Shown here: positions 4,761 to 13,120 of the stretch, piece after piece
Numbering within the stretch: position 1 is the stretch's first letter
How the letters are laid out: every line of letters starts with the position of its first letter
Virus record (IMG/VR): IMGVR_UViG_3300045988_124991
From: a virus
Length of the DNA: 17,493 nt
Reading direction: 5' to 3' (one strand)
Made by a program: the position numbers and the translations under genes
Notes under the pieces: model-generated
Told to the model about the DNA's origin: nothing
The model's input: the letters and a program-made list of their open reading frames with translations, nothing else
Databases searched by the model: none

Positions 4761-6286
4761 GGTTCCTCCGTGATGGTGGTTGGTTGCTGGTAGCGGGTGA
4801 CGAGAGAGAGTTCGGCGAGGGTGAGCGCGCACTGCCTCCATATGGCTGGCCATGCTCCCATGCTCGCCCAGGTAATCGCGGTCTCGGCGGCTACGGGTAG
4901 TGGCCAGAGTGTGACCTCGTTGCGGAGCAACGGCCGCCCGCTCGACCACTGGTAGGTGAGCGTGCCGCCGATGGTCGCCCACGCGCCGCCCGTGGCGGAT
5001 ATGCCGTCGTCGCCGGTGAGACGTGACGACGTGGCGCCCTGGATGACGAGCGGCCCGGAACTGGCGGTGAGATACAGGCGCGCGTGCGTGGCCGGGTCCA
5101 GCTTGCGGCCGTCGAACACCACCGTTGCCGGCCGTAACCGCCGGTCGATGGTGACGAGCAGTCGGGCGAACGCGTCACGATCCGCGTCGGTCGGGGCCCA
5201 CACGCTGCCGCCCGCGCGGCCCCATACGCCGCCCGACTCGTCGGCCGTCACCACGTCGGCCTCAACGGTGACGCTGGATTGCGTGGCCTTCAGGTTCGCC
5301 GGCAGCCGGCCCATGTCCGTCAAAGCAGTTTCGTGCTGGTCGAACTCAAGCGCGCCGTCGGACGCTTTCGCTGTCTTGCCCTGAATAACGAACTGGGTGA
5401 CGGGTTCCGGGATCGTCAATGATTGTTCGGCGTCGGTGATGACGTCGGCGGCGTCCAGGCCGTCCAGCGTCTCGCCCGTCCAGTCGGTCACGGTAAGTCG
5501 GGCTGTGTCGTCGATGCCGATGCTGGCGGGCGCGCCGAACGGCATGTAGTCGATGCGGCTCGCGTCGCGGTCGGGGTATTCATACCACAGCGGCCACATT
5601 CGTGAGTGCGCGTAGAGACGGTGGAGCAGGGCGAGCTGTGACGGGTAGTCGTCGGTCCGGTAGGGTGCCACGGATGCGGTGATGGGGAGACCGTTGGCGT
5701 TGGCCTGCGGCGCGTCCGCCTCCCCGGCACGTCGGTTGAGCTCCGTCAATCGTTCGGCCATGGTGCCGACCCAGTGCAGGCCCGTGTAGCGTGCGTCGGA
5801 CGAGATGGGCCCTTGTTTCTGCATTCTTTTCCACAGGATCATGCGGCTGGAGGCGCTGAGTTCCAGTAGCCAGCCGTCGCCGTGGTGCCGGGTTTCGCCG
5901 CCGTTCTGCACCAGTCCGTCGAACAATGTCGTCGCCGTGCTGGACTTGCCGGACGGGTTTCCGGGCGTGTATGCCTGGTGCATCGCGTCCAAACGCATGC
6001 GCTGCGCCGACCATGCGCCCATGTCGTCGCGGAGCATGCCCCATGTGGGTTGCGCCGAGATCTGCACGAGCACGCGCGCGCCGGCCAGGGTGAGGGCGCG
6101 GCCGGTGAGCCAGCCGGTCGAGTCGCGTAGCCGGAACGTCATCACGGACGGGTCGGGCTGCTGGTCGATGCCGTCGGTGCCCCACTGGATGCTGAAGCCG
6201 TCCAACGCGGCCACGTCGTTGTCGTGGTCGTTGACGGCAACCCAGCCGTCGCCCCAGTCGAGGAACATGAAACACTGCTGCGCCAC
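4757..6286 (-). CDS. Minor tail protein (distal tail/tip protein)
   Basis: ~509 aa from GTG 6286 (GAGG SD 6 nt upstream, TAGTG overlap with the TMP stop), or 503 aa from ATG 6268. It immediately follows the tape measure gene. The upstream part of the 625-aa track ORF is an out-of-frame shadow of TMP. Confidence 0.7.
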   Translation of the reverse strand: MAQQCFMFLDWGDGWVAVNDHDNDVAALDGFSIQWGTDGIDQQPDPSVMTFRLRDSTGWLTGRALTLAGARVLVQISAQPTWGMLRDDMGAWSAQRMRLDAMHQAYTPGNPSGKSSTATTLFDGLVQNGGETRHHGDGWLLELSASSRMILWKRMQKQGPISSDARYTGLHWVGTMAERLTELNRRAGEADAPQANANGLPITASVAPYRTDDYPSQLALLHRLYAHSRMWPLWYEYPDRDASRIDYMPFGAPASIGIDDTARLTVTDWTGETLDGLDAADVITDAEQSLTIPEPVTQFVIQGKTAKASDGALEFDQHETALTDMGRLPANLKATQSSVTVEADVVTADESGGVWGRAGGSVWAPTDADRDAFARLLVTIDRRLRPATVVFDGRKLDPATHARLYLTASSGPLVIQGATSSRLTGDDGISATGGAWATIGGTLTYQWSSGRPLLRNEVTLWPLPVAAETAITWASMGAWPAIWRQCALTLAELSLVTRYQQPTTITEEP

Positions 6287-8367
6287 TAGTTGCCTCGCTT
6301 CCGGTCGTAGTCGCGGAGAATCTTCCTGATTTCGCGTGCCACGCCCTCGCGGTCCACGGGCGCGTTGAACGTGACGTTGAAAACGGTGGTCGTACTGGCC
6401 GCCTGACTGCCGGCGGTGGTGCCGCCGTTGAACACGACGTTGGATAGGCGGCCGTTGATGTTGCCGATGGTGCGGCGCACGTCGGTGTCGAAGCCGGTGC
6501 GCAGGCCTCGTGCGAAGCCCTTCATGATGAGCCGGCCGTTGTTGACGAGCATGATGGCGTCGTAGGCGGGCGGCCCCTTGTGTTCCTTGATCCAGTCGCC
6601 GATGCCGCCTATCCAGCCGGTCACGGAGTCCCACATGCTTTTCAGGCCGTCAAGGAAGCCGCTGATGATGCTGGAGCCTGCGTCGTACAGCAGTCTGCCC
6701 ACGTTGCCGATGGCGGACAGGATGCGGCCGGGCAGTCCGCTGAACCAGCTGACCACGTTGTTCCACGTGTTCTGCGCGAACTGGGCGGCGCTGGAGAAGA
6801 ACGCGCCTATCCTGCCGGGCAATGATTGGAAGAATCCGATGATGTTGCTCACGCACGAGCCGACGAAGCTGGTGAATTTGCTCCAGATATTCCGGCCGGC
6901 CTCGGTCTGGGTGAAGAAATAGATTAAACCGGCCACCAATGCGGCAATGAGAGTGATGATGAGCACGATGGGATTGGCGTTCATCGCCACGTTGAGCGCC
7001 CATTGGGCCACGGATGCGGCCGTGTTGGCGATGCTGAACCCCTGCAATGCGGAGGATACGGCGGTGATGACGCCTGCGACTTTGAACACGGCGAAGCCGG
7101 TGCCGATGCCGACCAGGGCGGAGCGGATTGGTTCCGCGTTCGCGCTCACCCAATCGGAGAACGCGGTGAGTTTGCCGGCCACGTCGGCCACGATGCCGGC
7201 CGCGCCGCTGAAGGCGTCGCCCAATGCGGTGCCCGCGCCGGCCGCGCCGCCGAACGAGTCGGTGAGCGGCGCGAACTGGGCGAGCACGTCGCCGGCGGCT
7301 CCGGCGAGGCTTTTGCACGTCTCCCACACGTAGCCGAAGATGTCGCTGGCCGTCTGCAACGGGCCCGTGTCGTTGAACGCGGTCATGAAGTCCGTCACGG
7401 CGGTTTTCGCGGTGTCGAACGTGTTGGCGGCGGTGTCGCGCACAGTGAGCAGGAAGTCGGTTATCGGGCTGTCTTCCTCGATGTTGAAAGCCTCGCGCAG
7501 TTCCGCGCTGAAGTTGCCGTCCTTGACGAGGGTTATCACGCCTTTCAGGCCGGTTGTGGCCTTGCCGCTGAACGCCGTGATCTTCTCGGCGGCGACGCCC
7601 ATGGCGGAGGTCACGGCGGGTTTCACGAGGTCGAAGGCGTCGGTGAGGCCGCCGACCACGGACGCTTCGAGGTTGCCCATCGCGCCTTCGATGGTCTTGG
7701 TGCTGGTGGCGGCCTCCTTGGCCACGTCGCTCATGCCGAGCTGGATCAGCGCCTGGTTGAATTCGTCGGCGGTGATTTCGCCCCTGGCCATCGCGTCCCT
7801 GAAGTTGCCGGTGTACGCGCCGTTGGCGAGCATGGCCTCCTGGAGCTTGCCCGAAGCGCCGGGGATGGCGTCGGCAAGCTGGTTCCAGTTTTCCGTCGTC
7901 AGCTTGCCCGCGCCGGCGGTCTGGGTGAGCATCATCGCCACCGATTTGAACGTGTCGGAGTTGCCGCCGGCCACGGCGTTGAGGTTGCCGGCGGCTTCGG
8001 TCAGCTCGGTGTAGTTGGTGATGCCGTTGGCGGCGAGCTGGGCGGTGGTGTTCTGGATCGTGGTGAGGTCGTACACGGTGTCGTCCGCGTATTTGCGGGT
8101 GGCCTTGGTGGCGGCCTCCACGGCGCTGGTGTCGAGGCCGGCGAAGCTCATGGTGTTCTTGAACTTGTCGGTCGAGTCGCTCATCTCCACGACCGCGCCG
8201 CTGAAGTTCTTGAGCGTGTCCCACAGGGCGGTCACGCCCTTCAATGCCGCGCCGCCCATGAAGCTGCCGAACGCGGCGGCCTTGCCGGTCGCCTTCTCGA
8301 ACGCCTTCACGGCGTCGTTCGCGTTGCCCGTGATGCGCACGGACATGATGGCGCTATGCCCCGCCAT
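6286..8367 (-). CDS. Tape measure protein
   Basis: 693 aa, Ala/Gly/Thr-rich and helical, with hydrophobic segments in the C-terminal half. It sits after the chaperone pair. Strong SD AAAGGAGGTG. By the ~0.15 nm/aa rule of thumb this implies a tail of roughly 100 nm. Confidence 0.9.
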   Translation of the reverse strand: MAGHSAIMSVRITGNANDAVKAFEKATGKAAAFGSFMGGAALKGVTALWDTLKNFSGAVVEMSDSTDKFKNTMSFAGLDTSAVEAATKATRKYADDTVYDLTTIQNTTAQLAANGITNYTELTEAAGNLNAVAGGNSDTFKSVAMMLTQTAGAGKLTTENWNQLADAIPGASGKLQEAMLANGAYTGNFRDAMARGEITADEFNQALIQLGMSDVAKEAATSTKTIEGAMGNLEASVVGGLTDAFDLVKPAVTSAMGVAAEKITAFSGKATTGLKGVITLVKDGNFSAELREAFNIEEDSPITDFLLTVRDTAANTFDTAKTAVTDFMTAFNDTGPLQTASDIFGYVWETCKSLAGAAGDVLAQFAPLTDSFGGAAGAGTALGDAFSGAAGIVADVAGKLTAFSDWVSANAEPIRSALVGIGTGFAVFKVAGVITAVSSALQGFSIANTAASVAQWALNVAMNANPIVLIITLIAALVAGLIYFFTQTEAGRNIWSKFTSFVGSCVSNIIGFFQSLPGRIGAFFSSAAQFAQNTWNNVVSWFSGLPGRILSAIGNVGRLLYDAGSSIISGFLDGLKSMWDSVTGWIGGIGDWIKEHKGPPAYDAIMLVNNGRLIMKGFARGLRTGFDTDVRRTIGNINGRLSNVVFNGGTTAGSQAASTTTVFNVTFNAPVDREGVAREIRKILRDYDRKRGN

Positions 8368-8811
8368 TGTCCACCTCCTTTTCGGCTCGTTCCATTTCCT
8401 CGGTCAATAGGCGCATGCCGGTGCCCCAGTCGAGTTCGCTGGCCTCCTCGCGCCATTGCCACGGGGTGCCGCCGAAGCGGCTGGCGAGGATGAAGCTGAG
8501 TCGGCCGAGCGAATCGTCTGGCCACGCGGCTAGTTCGTAGGGTCCAGCTGCGCGTCCTCCGTGTCGTCGGGCGTGTTGACCACCACGTCGATGATGCTGT
8601 CGAGCCATTGTTCGTAGGGGAGTTTGGTCTTGCCCTGCTGGCGTGCGGCGGTGTAGGCGAAGTAGTAGACGAACCGGATTTTGCAGTTCTCCACGGGCCC
8701 CCACCCGTTGGTCTGGGCGTGTTCCTCGGCCTGGCATTGGGCGCGGGCGGTGAGGGTCACGGTGTCCTCGTGGCCGTCCTGGTAGCCGATGGTCGCGGTC
8801 TTCTTCAACAT
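8354..8811 (-). CDS. Tail assembly chaperone, frameshifted long form (gpGT-like; -1 shift near 8539-8545 proposed)
   Basis: The -1 frame continues past the G stop with a protein-like sequence (YELAAWPDDSLGRLSFILASRFGGTPWQWREEASELDWGTGMRLLTEEMERAEKE). It has no start codon of its own and ends 14 nt inside the TMP gene. The exact shift site is not determined. Confidence 0.5.
8530..8811 (-). CDS. Tail assembly chaperone (gpG-like, short form)
   Basis: 93 aa, directly upstream of TMP. SD AAGGAG 8 nt upstream. An overlapping -1 frame stays open and extends to the TMP start. Confidence 0.7.
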   Translation of the reverse strand: MLKKTATIGYQDGHEDTVTLTARAQCQAEEHAQTNGWGPVENCKIRFVYYFAYTAARQQGKTKLPYEQWLDSIIDVVVNTPDDTEDAQLDPTN

Positions 8812-8814
8812 GGC

Positions 8815-9201
8815 TTATGCTCCTTTGACTTGTTTCATGGTTTTCTCCACGAACGCCTCATATGGTTTCATCCAGGCGCTTTCGCTTCGTGCCACGCCGT
8901 TGTTCACGTACAGGCGTGGTTTGATGTTGTGGCCGGGCCACCCGTAGTTGATGGGGCCGGCGTAGGGCACGACCTTGCGGCCCGCGCGGATCACGCCGGC
9001 CTTTTTGGTCGCGCCGGCGCGCAGTGATTTCGAGAGTTTGCCGGTCTTGCCGACGGGGGCGAGGGCCTGCACGGCGGGGAGGGCGATTTCGGCCGCTTCG
9101 CGGTTCACGCCCTTGAGTTCGTCCAGGTCCGCGCCGGCCTTGCGCATCGTGGCGACGAAGCGTTTCTGGCCGACGACCATCAGAGCCTTGCCGGTGTTCA
9201 T
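8815..9201 (-). CDS. HK97 gp10-family head-tail/neck protein
   Basis: 128 aa from the ATG at 9201 (ATGA overlap with the upstream stop). The gp10-like core is LPAVQALAPVGKTGKLSKSLRAG...VVPYAGPINYGWPGHNIKP. Confidence 0.7.
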   Translation of the reverse strand: MNTGKALMVVGQKRFVATMRKAGADLDELKGVNREAAEIALPAVQALAPVGKTGKLSKSLRAGATKKAGVIRAGRKVVPYAGPINYGWPGHNIKPRLYVNNGVARSESAWMKPYEAFVEKTMKQVKGA

Positions 9202-9620
9202 GCGCCCGGGGTGGCCGTGTGGGCGGCGTGCTTGAGGTTCGTGACGGGGAAGCTGAAGTCGTTGGTGTTCTTCGATTTCACGTCGCCGCCGACGCCCACG
9301 GGGGTCACGGTCACGTCGCCGCTCCATTTGATGGCCCCGGTCTTGTTGGGCACGAACTCGAACGGCAGGGTCTCGTTGGCGTGGTCGAAGCACCACACGC
9401 TCAGGCCCTCGGCGCTGAAGTCGTCGCCGATGGTGCCTTCCATCGTCCAGGTGGTGGACGTGTTGGCCTCCTGCGATCCGTCGAGGTAGGTGGTGGGGTC
9501 GTCGGACGAGTTGGATGGGTTGAGCTGCGCTTTGGTCAGGTCGGCGCTGAAGTCGCGGCCATTCTTCTCGTCGGTGATGTTGAACGAGCCGGGGCCGAGT
9601 GTGCGCACCTTGCTTGCCAT
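9198..9620 (-). CDS. Major tail (tail tube) protein
   Basis: 140 aa. The N-terminus MASKVRTLGPGSF and the C-terminal WSGDVTVTPVGVGGDVKSKNTNDFSFPVT are typical of small TP901-1/actinophage-type tube proteins. SD GAAAGGA. Confidence 0.65.
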   Translation of the reverse strand: MASKVRTLGPGSFNITDEKNGRDFSADLTKAQLNPSNSSDDPTTYLDGSQEANTSTTWTMEGTIGDDFSAEGLSVWCFDHANETLPFEFVPNKTGAIKWSGDVTVTPVGVGGDVKSKNTNDFSFPVTNLKHAAHTATPGA

Positions 9621-9630
9621 GATGTTCCTT

Positions 9631-10011
9631 TCAGATTATTTCCAATGGGTTGAGTGTGAGCTGGTAGGCGGCGAGGTCCCCCGCGCCGGAGAGGCTAAGA
9701 GTCACGGGCCGTGCCGCCTGGATGTTGAGCTCGTGTTCGGCCATGAGGTCGATGGCCCGCATGACGAGTTCGAGCGAGGGGGCCTGGGTGGCCATGGTGC
9801 CGGCGATGACGTCGAGCCGCCACGTGATGTCGGGCTCGTTGCCCCATTTCTTGTAGGCGAGTTCGGGCGGTTCGATGAAGACGGCCACCTTGTTCGGCAG
9901 GGGGCGGGCCTTCTGCTCGTCTGCCGTGACGATCTGCACGAGGTCGCCTAGGCAGTCTTCGAGCAGGCGGGTGAGCGCGGCGCGTTCGCGGATGACGAGA
10001 CTGCTCATCAT
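9631..10011 (-). CDS. Head-tail connector component (tail-terminator/stopper-like)
   Basis: 126 aa, lying between the adaptor and the tube gene. ATGA overlap with the adaptor stop. The assignment rests on position and size only. Confidence 0.5.
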   Translation of the reverse strand: MMSSLVIRERAALTRLLEDCLGDLVQIVTADEQKARPLPNKVAVFIEPPELAYKKWGNEPDITWRLDVIAGTMATQAPSLELVMRAIDLMAEHELNIQAARPVTLSLSGAGDLAAYQLTLNPLEII

Positions 10012-10340
10012 GCCACCGCCAGACTGCCGGCCATGACGCCCACGGCGTTGAGTTTGGGGTAGACGCTGCGCAGCGGGTCGGTGGACACGCGGAACGGTTC
10101 GAGCGTCGAATCGGCGACGCTCATCACGCCGAACCGCGCGTCACGCGAGTTGTAGAGGTCGGCGGCGCACGACACGATGCAGTCGCGGCGCACGTCGGCG
10201 GGGCATGTCTGGCCGGCGATGGCGGCGTCCACGTAGGTGGTCGCGGTCCGTATCTTCGCGGTCAGGCGTTCGTTGTCGCCGGCGGGCATGTTCACCTCGT
10301 CGCGCAGCAGGGCCACGAGTTCGCTTGTCTCGTCCGTCAT
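10008..10340 (-). CDS. Head-tail adaptor (gp6-like head-tail connector)
   Basis: 110 aa starting MTDETSELVALLRDEVNMPAGDNERL, immediately after the capsid gene. The remaining upstream part of the 605-aa track ORF is an Arg/Pro/Gly-rich shadow of the capsid gene. Confidence 0.65.
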   Translation of the reverse strand: MTDETSELVALLRDEVNMPAGDNERLTAKIRTATTYVDAAIAGQTCPADVRRDCIVSCAADLYNSRDARFGVMSVADSTLEPFRVSTDPLRSVYPKLNAVGVMAGSLAVA

Positions 10341-10342
10341 GG

Positions 10343-11950
10343 TCAGGCCGCGAACTTGATGGGGATCAGGCCCGTGGGCAGGGTGGCGGCGACGGCGAGG
10401 TAGCCGTACACGCTGTAGCTGTCGGTGAGCTTGGTCGGGTCGGTGGCGGACAGCTGGGTGGGGCCGCCGGATTCCCAGACGGTCACGGCCTCGGGGTCGA
10501 TGAAGCAGGCGGTGCCGGCCGGCGCGGCGGGGAGCATCTGCACGGGAAGGCGCAGGAAGCGGCCGGCGATGCCGGTCAGGTCGAAGTCGCCCAGCGTGTC
10601 GCTGCCGTCGCCGCTTAGGTCGAAGAAGCGGCTGCCGGAGTCCTTGAGGGCCACGAGCGCCTTCATCACGTCCTTGCTGACGCCGAGGCGGGTCAGGTTG
10701 ACGTTGCGGTCGTCGGCGAGTTCGGCCGCGTCGATGATGAGGCCGGCCCACTGGTCGATGGTCATGGCGTCCAGCGCGGCGGGCGCGTCGAGCTTGTTCG
10801 GTTCGTCGGCCGAGTCGCGCTGGGTGGCGATGGTGTCGTAAAGGAACTGGCGGACCTTGTTCTCGGTGGCTTTCGCGTAGGCGTTGCGCAGGGCCTTCAG
10901 GGCGGTGTTGAGCATGGGCGTGGTCGAGCGTTCGATGGTCTGGCGGCTCAGGGTGGTGTAGCCGCCGTAGGTGCCCACGGTGGTCACCTTCGTGCCGAAC
11001 GAGACCTTGCCGAACGCGAGCGTGTCGCCTTCCTTGGCCTGCGCCGTGACGCTGGTGGTGTCGGTCTCCACGACGTTGTACTCCATGCTCATGCCGGTGG
11101 AGGGCAGGCTGTCGTGGGTGAGGATGCCCATGACCTTGCGGCGCTGTTCGATCAGTCGCAGGTCGTCCGCGATCCAGGTGCTCGTGTTGCCGGTGTCGCC
11201 GGTCACGATCAGGTCGCGGCCTTCGCGGTACAGGTTCACGGCCGCTTCGTCGCCGTCCACGAGGGCGCGCAGGTATTCGCCCGCGTTGCGGTATTCGCCG
11301 CCCATCGTCTTGCGTTCGGGTGCCGCGCCCTTGGCCAGCGCGGCCTTCATGCCACGCTGTTCCTCCTGGATGCCGTCGAGCATGGCGCGCAGTTCCTCGT
11401 CCATGTGGTTCTCCTTCTGGTTGTCGGTTTGGTTGTTTCCGGTTTCGGACAGGTTTTCGTGGGATTGTTCGCGCTGGGTGGCGATGACCGCGCTCGGATA
11501 CGCGGGTATGCCGGTGACGGCCACCTCGTATAGGTCCACCTTGCGGCGGTGCACCTCGGTGATGCCGTCGTCGGCGGCCACCTCGCGGTTGTCCACGGGG
11601 ATGAAGCCGACGCTGAACCCGTCGTAGACGCCTTCGCGCACGAGCTGGATGGCCTCGCGCGCGGCCTGGGTGCCGGCGAGCTTCGCGGTGATGTGCAGTC
11701 CGTCCGCCTCGGCATCCATGCCGGTGACACGGCCGATGAGCTCGCCGTGCTGCCGGCTGATTTTCACGCTGTCGCGCGAGCCGAAGTCGGTGTCCGGGTC
11801 GAACACCTCGGCGTAGTCGCCCCACAGGGCGTACCTGGTGTTGAACGGCACGGCGATGCCGGTCAGGATGCTGCCGTCCCCGTCTTCCGCGTCCCTTACC
11901 TGGATGCCGCGCACGTCGAGCGTGCGCCGTTCCATCAGTCTGTCGTTCAC
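10343..11950 (-). CDS. Fusion of HK97-type prohead protease (S78/U35-like, aa 1-~160) and HK97-fold major capsid protein (aa ~183-535)
   Basis: The protease part has the SRQHGE...GFSVGF motifs. An N/Q-rich linker follows, then MDEELRAML... (a coiled delta-like segment) and a capsid-like body. GTG start with AAGGAG SD and a GTGA overlap with the portal stop. An internal AAGGAG-N6-ATG lies at 11404. Confidence 0.85.
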   Translation of the reverse strand: MNDRLMERRTLDVRGIQVRDAEDGDGSILTGIAVPFNTRYALWGDYAEVFDPDTDFGSRDSVKISRQHGELIGRVTGMDAEADGLHITAKLAGTQAAREAIQLVREGVYDGFSVGFIPVDNREVAADDGITEVHRRKVDLYEVAVTGIPAYPSAVIATQREQSHENLSETGNNQTDNQKENHMDEELRAMLDGIQEEQRGMKAALAKGAAPERKTMGGEYRNAGEYLRALVDGDEAAVNLYREGRDLIVTGDTGNTSTWIADDLRLIEQRRKVMGILTHDSLPSTGMSMEYNVVETDTTSVTAQAKEGDTLAFGKVSFGTKVTTVGTYGGYTTLSRQTIERSTTPMLNTALKALRNAYAKATENKVRQFLYDTIATQRDSADEPNKLDAPAALDAMTIDQWAGLIIDAAELADDRNVNLTRLGVSKDVMKALVALKDSGSRFFDLSGDGSDTLGDFDLTGIAGRFLRLPVQMLPAAPAGTACFIDPEAVTVWESGGPTQLSATDPTKLTDSYSVYGYLAVAATLPTGLIPIKFAA

Positions 11951-13080
11951 TGTTGGTTCTCCTTCACTGGTTCCGGTGTGGATGCCAACGGGGCAAGTCC
12001 CCGGTCGGCGCGCACCTCGTCAACGGTCATCCACTGGTGCTCCAAAGCGCTGGCGTAGGCCGCGTACCGTTCGCTGGTGTTCGTGCGGCCGCTCGAATCC
12101 CAGTCGAACCGCGCCTCGCGGCCGCGCGGCAGAAGACGGTTGAACAGTTCCTCGATCTCGCCCGCGTAGGCGGCCAGCGTGTAGTCCGCGAACTCGATCC
12201 AGCTTTGTTCGATGTTCTGATAGGTCAGGTTGCTGCCATCGACGGCCGCGAGCATGATGGACGCGGGAATGCCCAACAGCCGCGCGATCTGGGTCGTGTC
12301 GAACTTCTGGGTCTCCAGAAACTGCAAATCGGCGGGCTTGAGGTCCAAGGGCACGTATTTCAGGCCCTCGGAGACGAAGCGCACCTGGCCGGCCTGGCCG
12401 TCCTTGCCCCAGTCGTCCTTCAACGCCTTCAACGTGGGCAGGCTGACCTTCTGCTCGGTGGTCACATATCCCTTGATGTTGCTGGAATCGGTGTAGAACT
12501 TGGCCTTGTAGTCGCGGGCCATCTGCGCGGACTCGACCTCTTCGCGGGCCGCGCCGATGGGCCCCAGGCCCCTGAGCCGTCCGGGCACGTTGAGGAACTT
12601 GCAGTGCACGATGTCGTCGGGCGTGTAGTCGCGGCCGAGATAGCCGTAGCGCAGGCGCGGGCTCGCGGGGTCGTCGCCGTCGTCGCTGACGGTCACGAGC
12701 TGCGGGGGCAGCACCTCGCAGGTCACGATCTCGCCGCCGTATCTCACCAGGCGGACGAAGGCGTTGCCGTCGAGGACCATCGAGGCCACCATGTCGGCGA
12801 GGAAGTCGCGGCGCGAACGGTTGATGTCGGGGCGCTGGACGAGAGCGCTGACGGTATCGAGCTTGATGCCGTTGCGGGTCTCGTTGATCGGCAGGCCGGT
12901 GATGGCTGTCTGCAGCACCTGGACCCCACGGAACACGGTGGACAGGGTGAGCGGGTCGCATTCCGCGCGGCGGGCCGGGGGCAGGATGCCGTCGGGCACG
13001 TCGTCGAGCGCGGCCGCGCCACGGGTGACGATGCCGCCCGCGAGCTTGAGCCTGCGCCAGAATCCAAGTCGTTCGTTCAT
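11947..13080 (-). CDS. Portal protein (HK97-family)
   Basis: 377 aa from ATG 13080 (MNERLGFWRRLK...). Conserved portal-like segment TQIARLLGIPASIMLAAVDGSNLTYQNIEQSWIEF. The upstream 322 aa of the 699-aa track ORF overlap terL out of frame or cover the tandem repeat. Confidence 0.85.
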   Translation of the reverse strand: MNERLGFWRRLKLAGGIVTRGAAALDDVPDGILPPARRAECDPLTLSTVFRGVQVLQTAITGLPINETRNGIKLDTVSALVQRPDINRSRRDFLADMVASMVLDGNAFVRLVRYGGEIVTCEVLPPQLVTVSDDGDDPASPRLRYGYLGRDYTPDDIVHCKFLNVPGRLRGLGPIGAAREEVESAQMARDYKAKFYTDSSNIKGYVTTEQKVSLPTLKALKDDWGKDGQAGQVRFVSEGLKYVPLDLKPADLQFLETQKFDTTQIARLLGIPASIMLAAVDGSNLTYQNIEQSWIEFADYTLAAYAGEIEELFNRLLPRGREARFDWDSSGRTNTSERYAAYASALEHQWMTVDEVRADRGLAPLASTPEPVKENQQ

Positions 13081-13120
13081 GCCCACAAGAATGGGGCCGA
13101 AGGCGGCGGGCCGTCCAGCA

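Noticed and set aside
6650-8493. Long alternative-frame ORFs across the tape measure gene (524 aa minus; 496, 224, 131 and 128 aa plus)
   Set aside because: Extreme Arg/Gly/His/Val composition, no SD sites, and complete overlap with a well-supported TMP frame. These are GC-rich shadow ORFs.
10341-11825. The upstream ~495 aa of the 605-aa ORF 10008..11825
   Set aside because: This is an Arg/Pro/Gly/His-rich shadow frame of the protease-capsid gene, typical of GC-rich DNA. Only the last 110 aa (from ATG 10340) look like a real head-tail adaptor.
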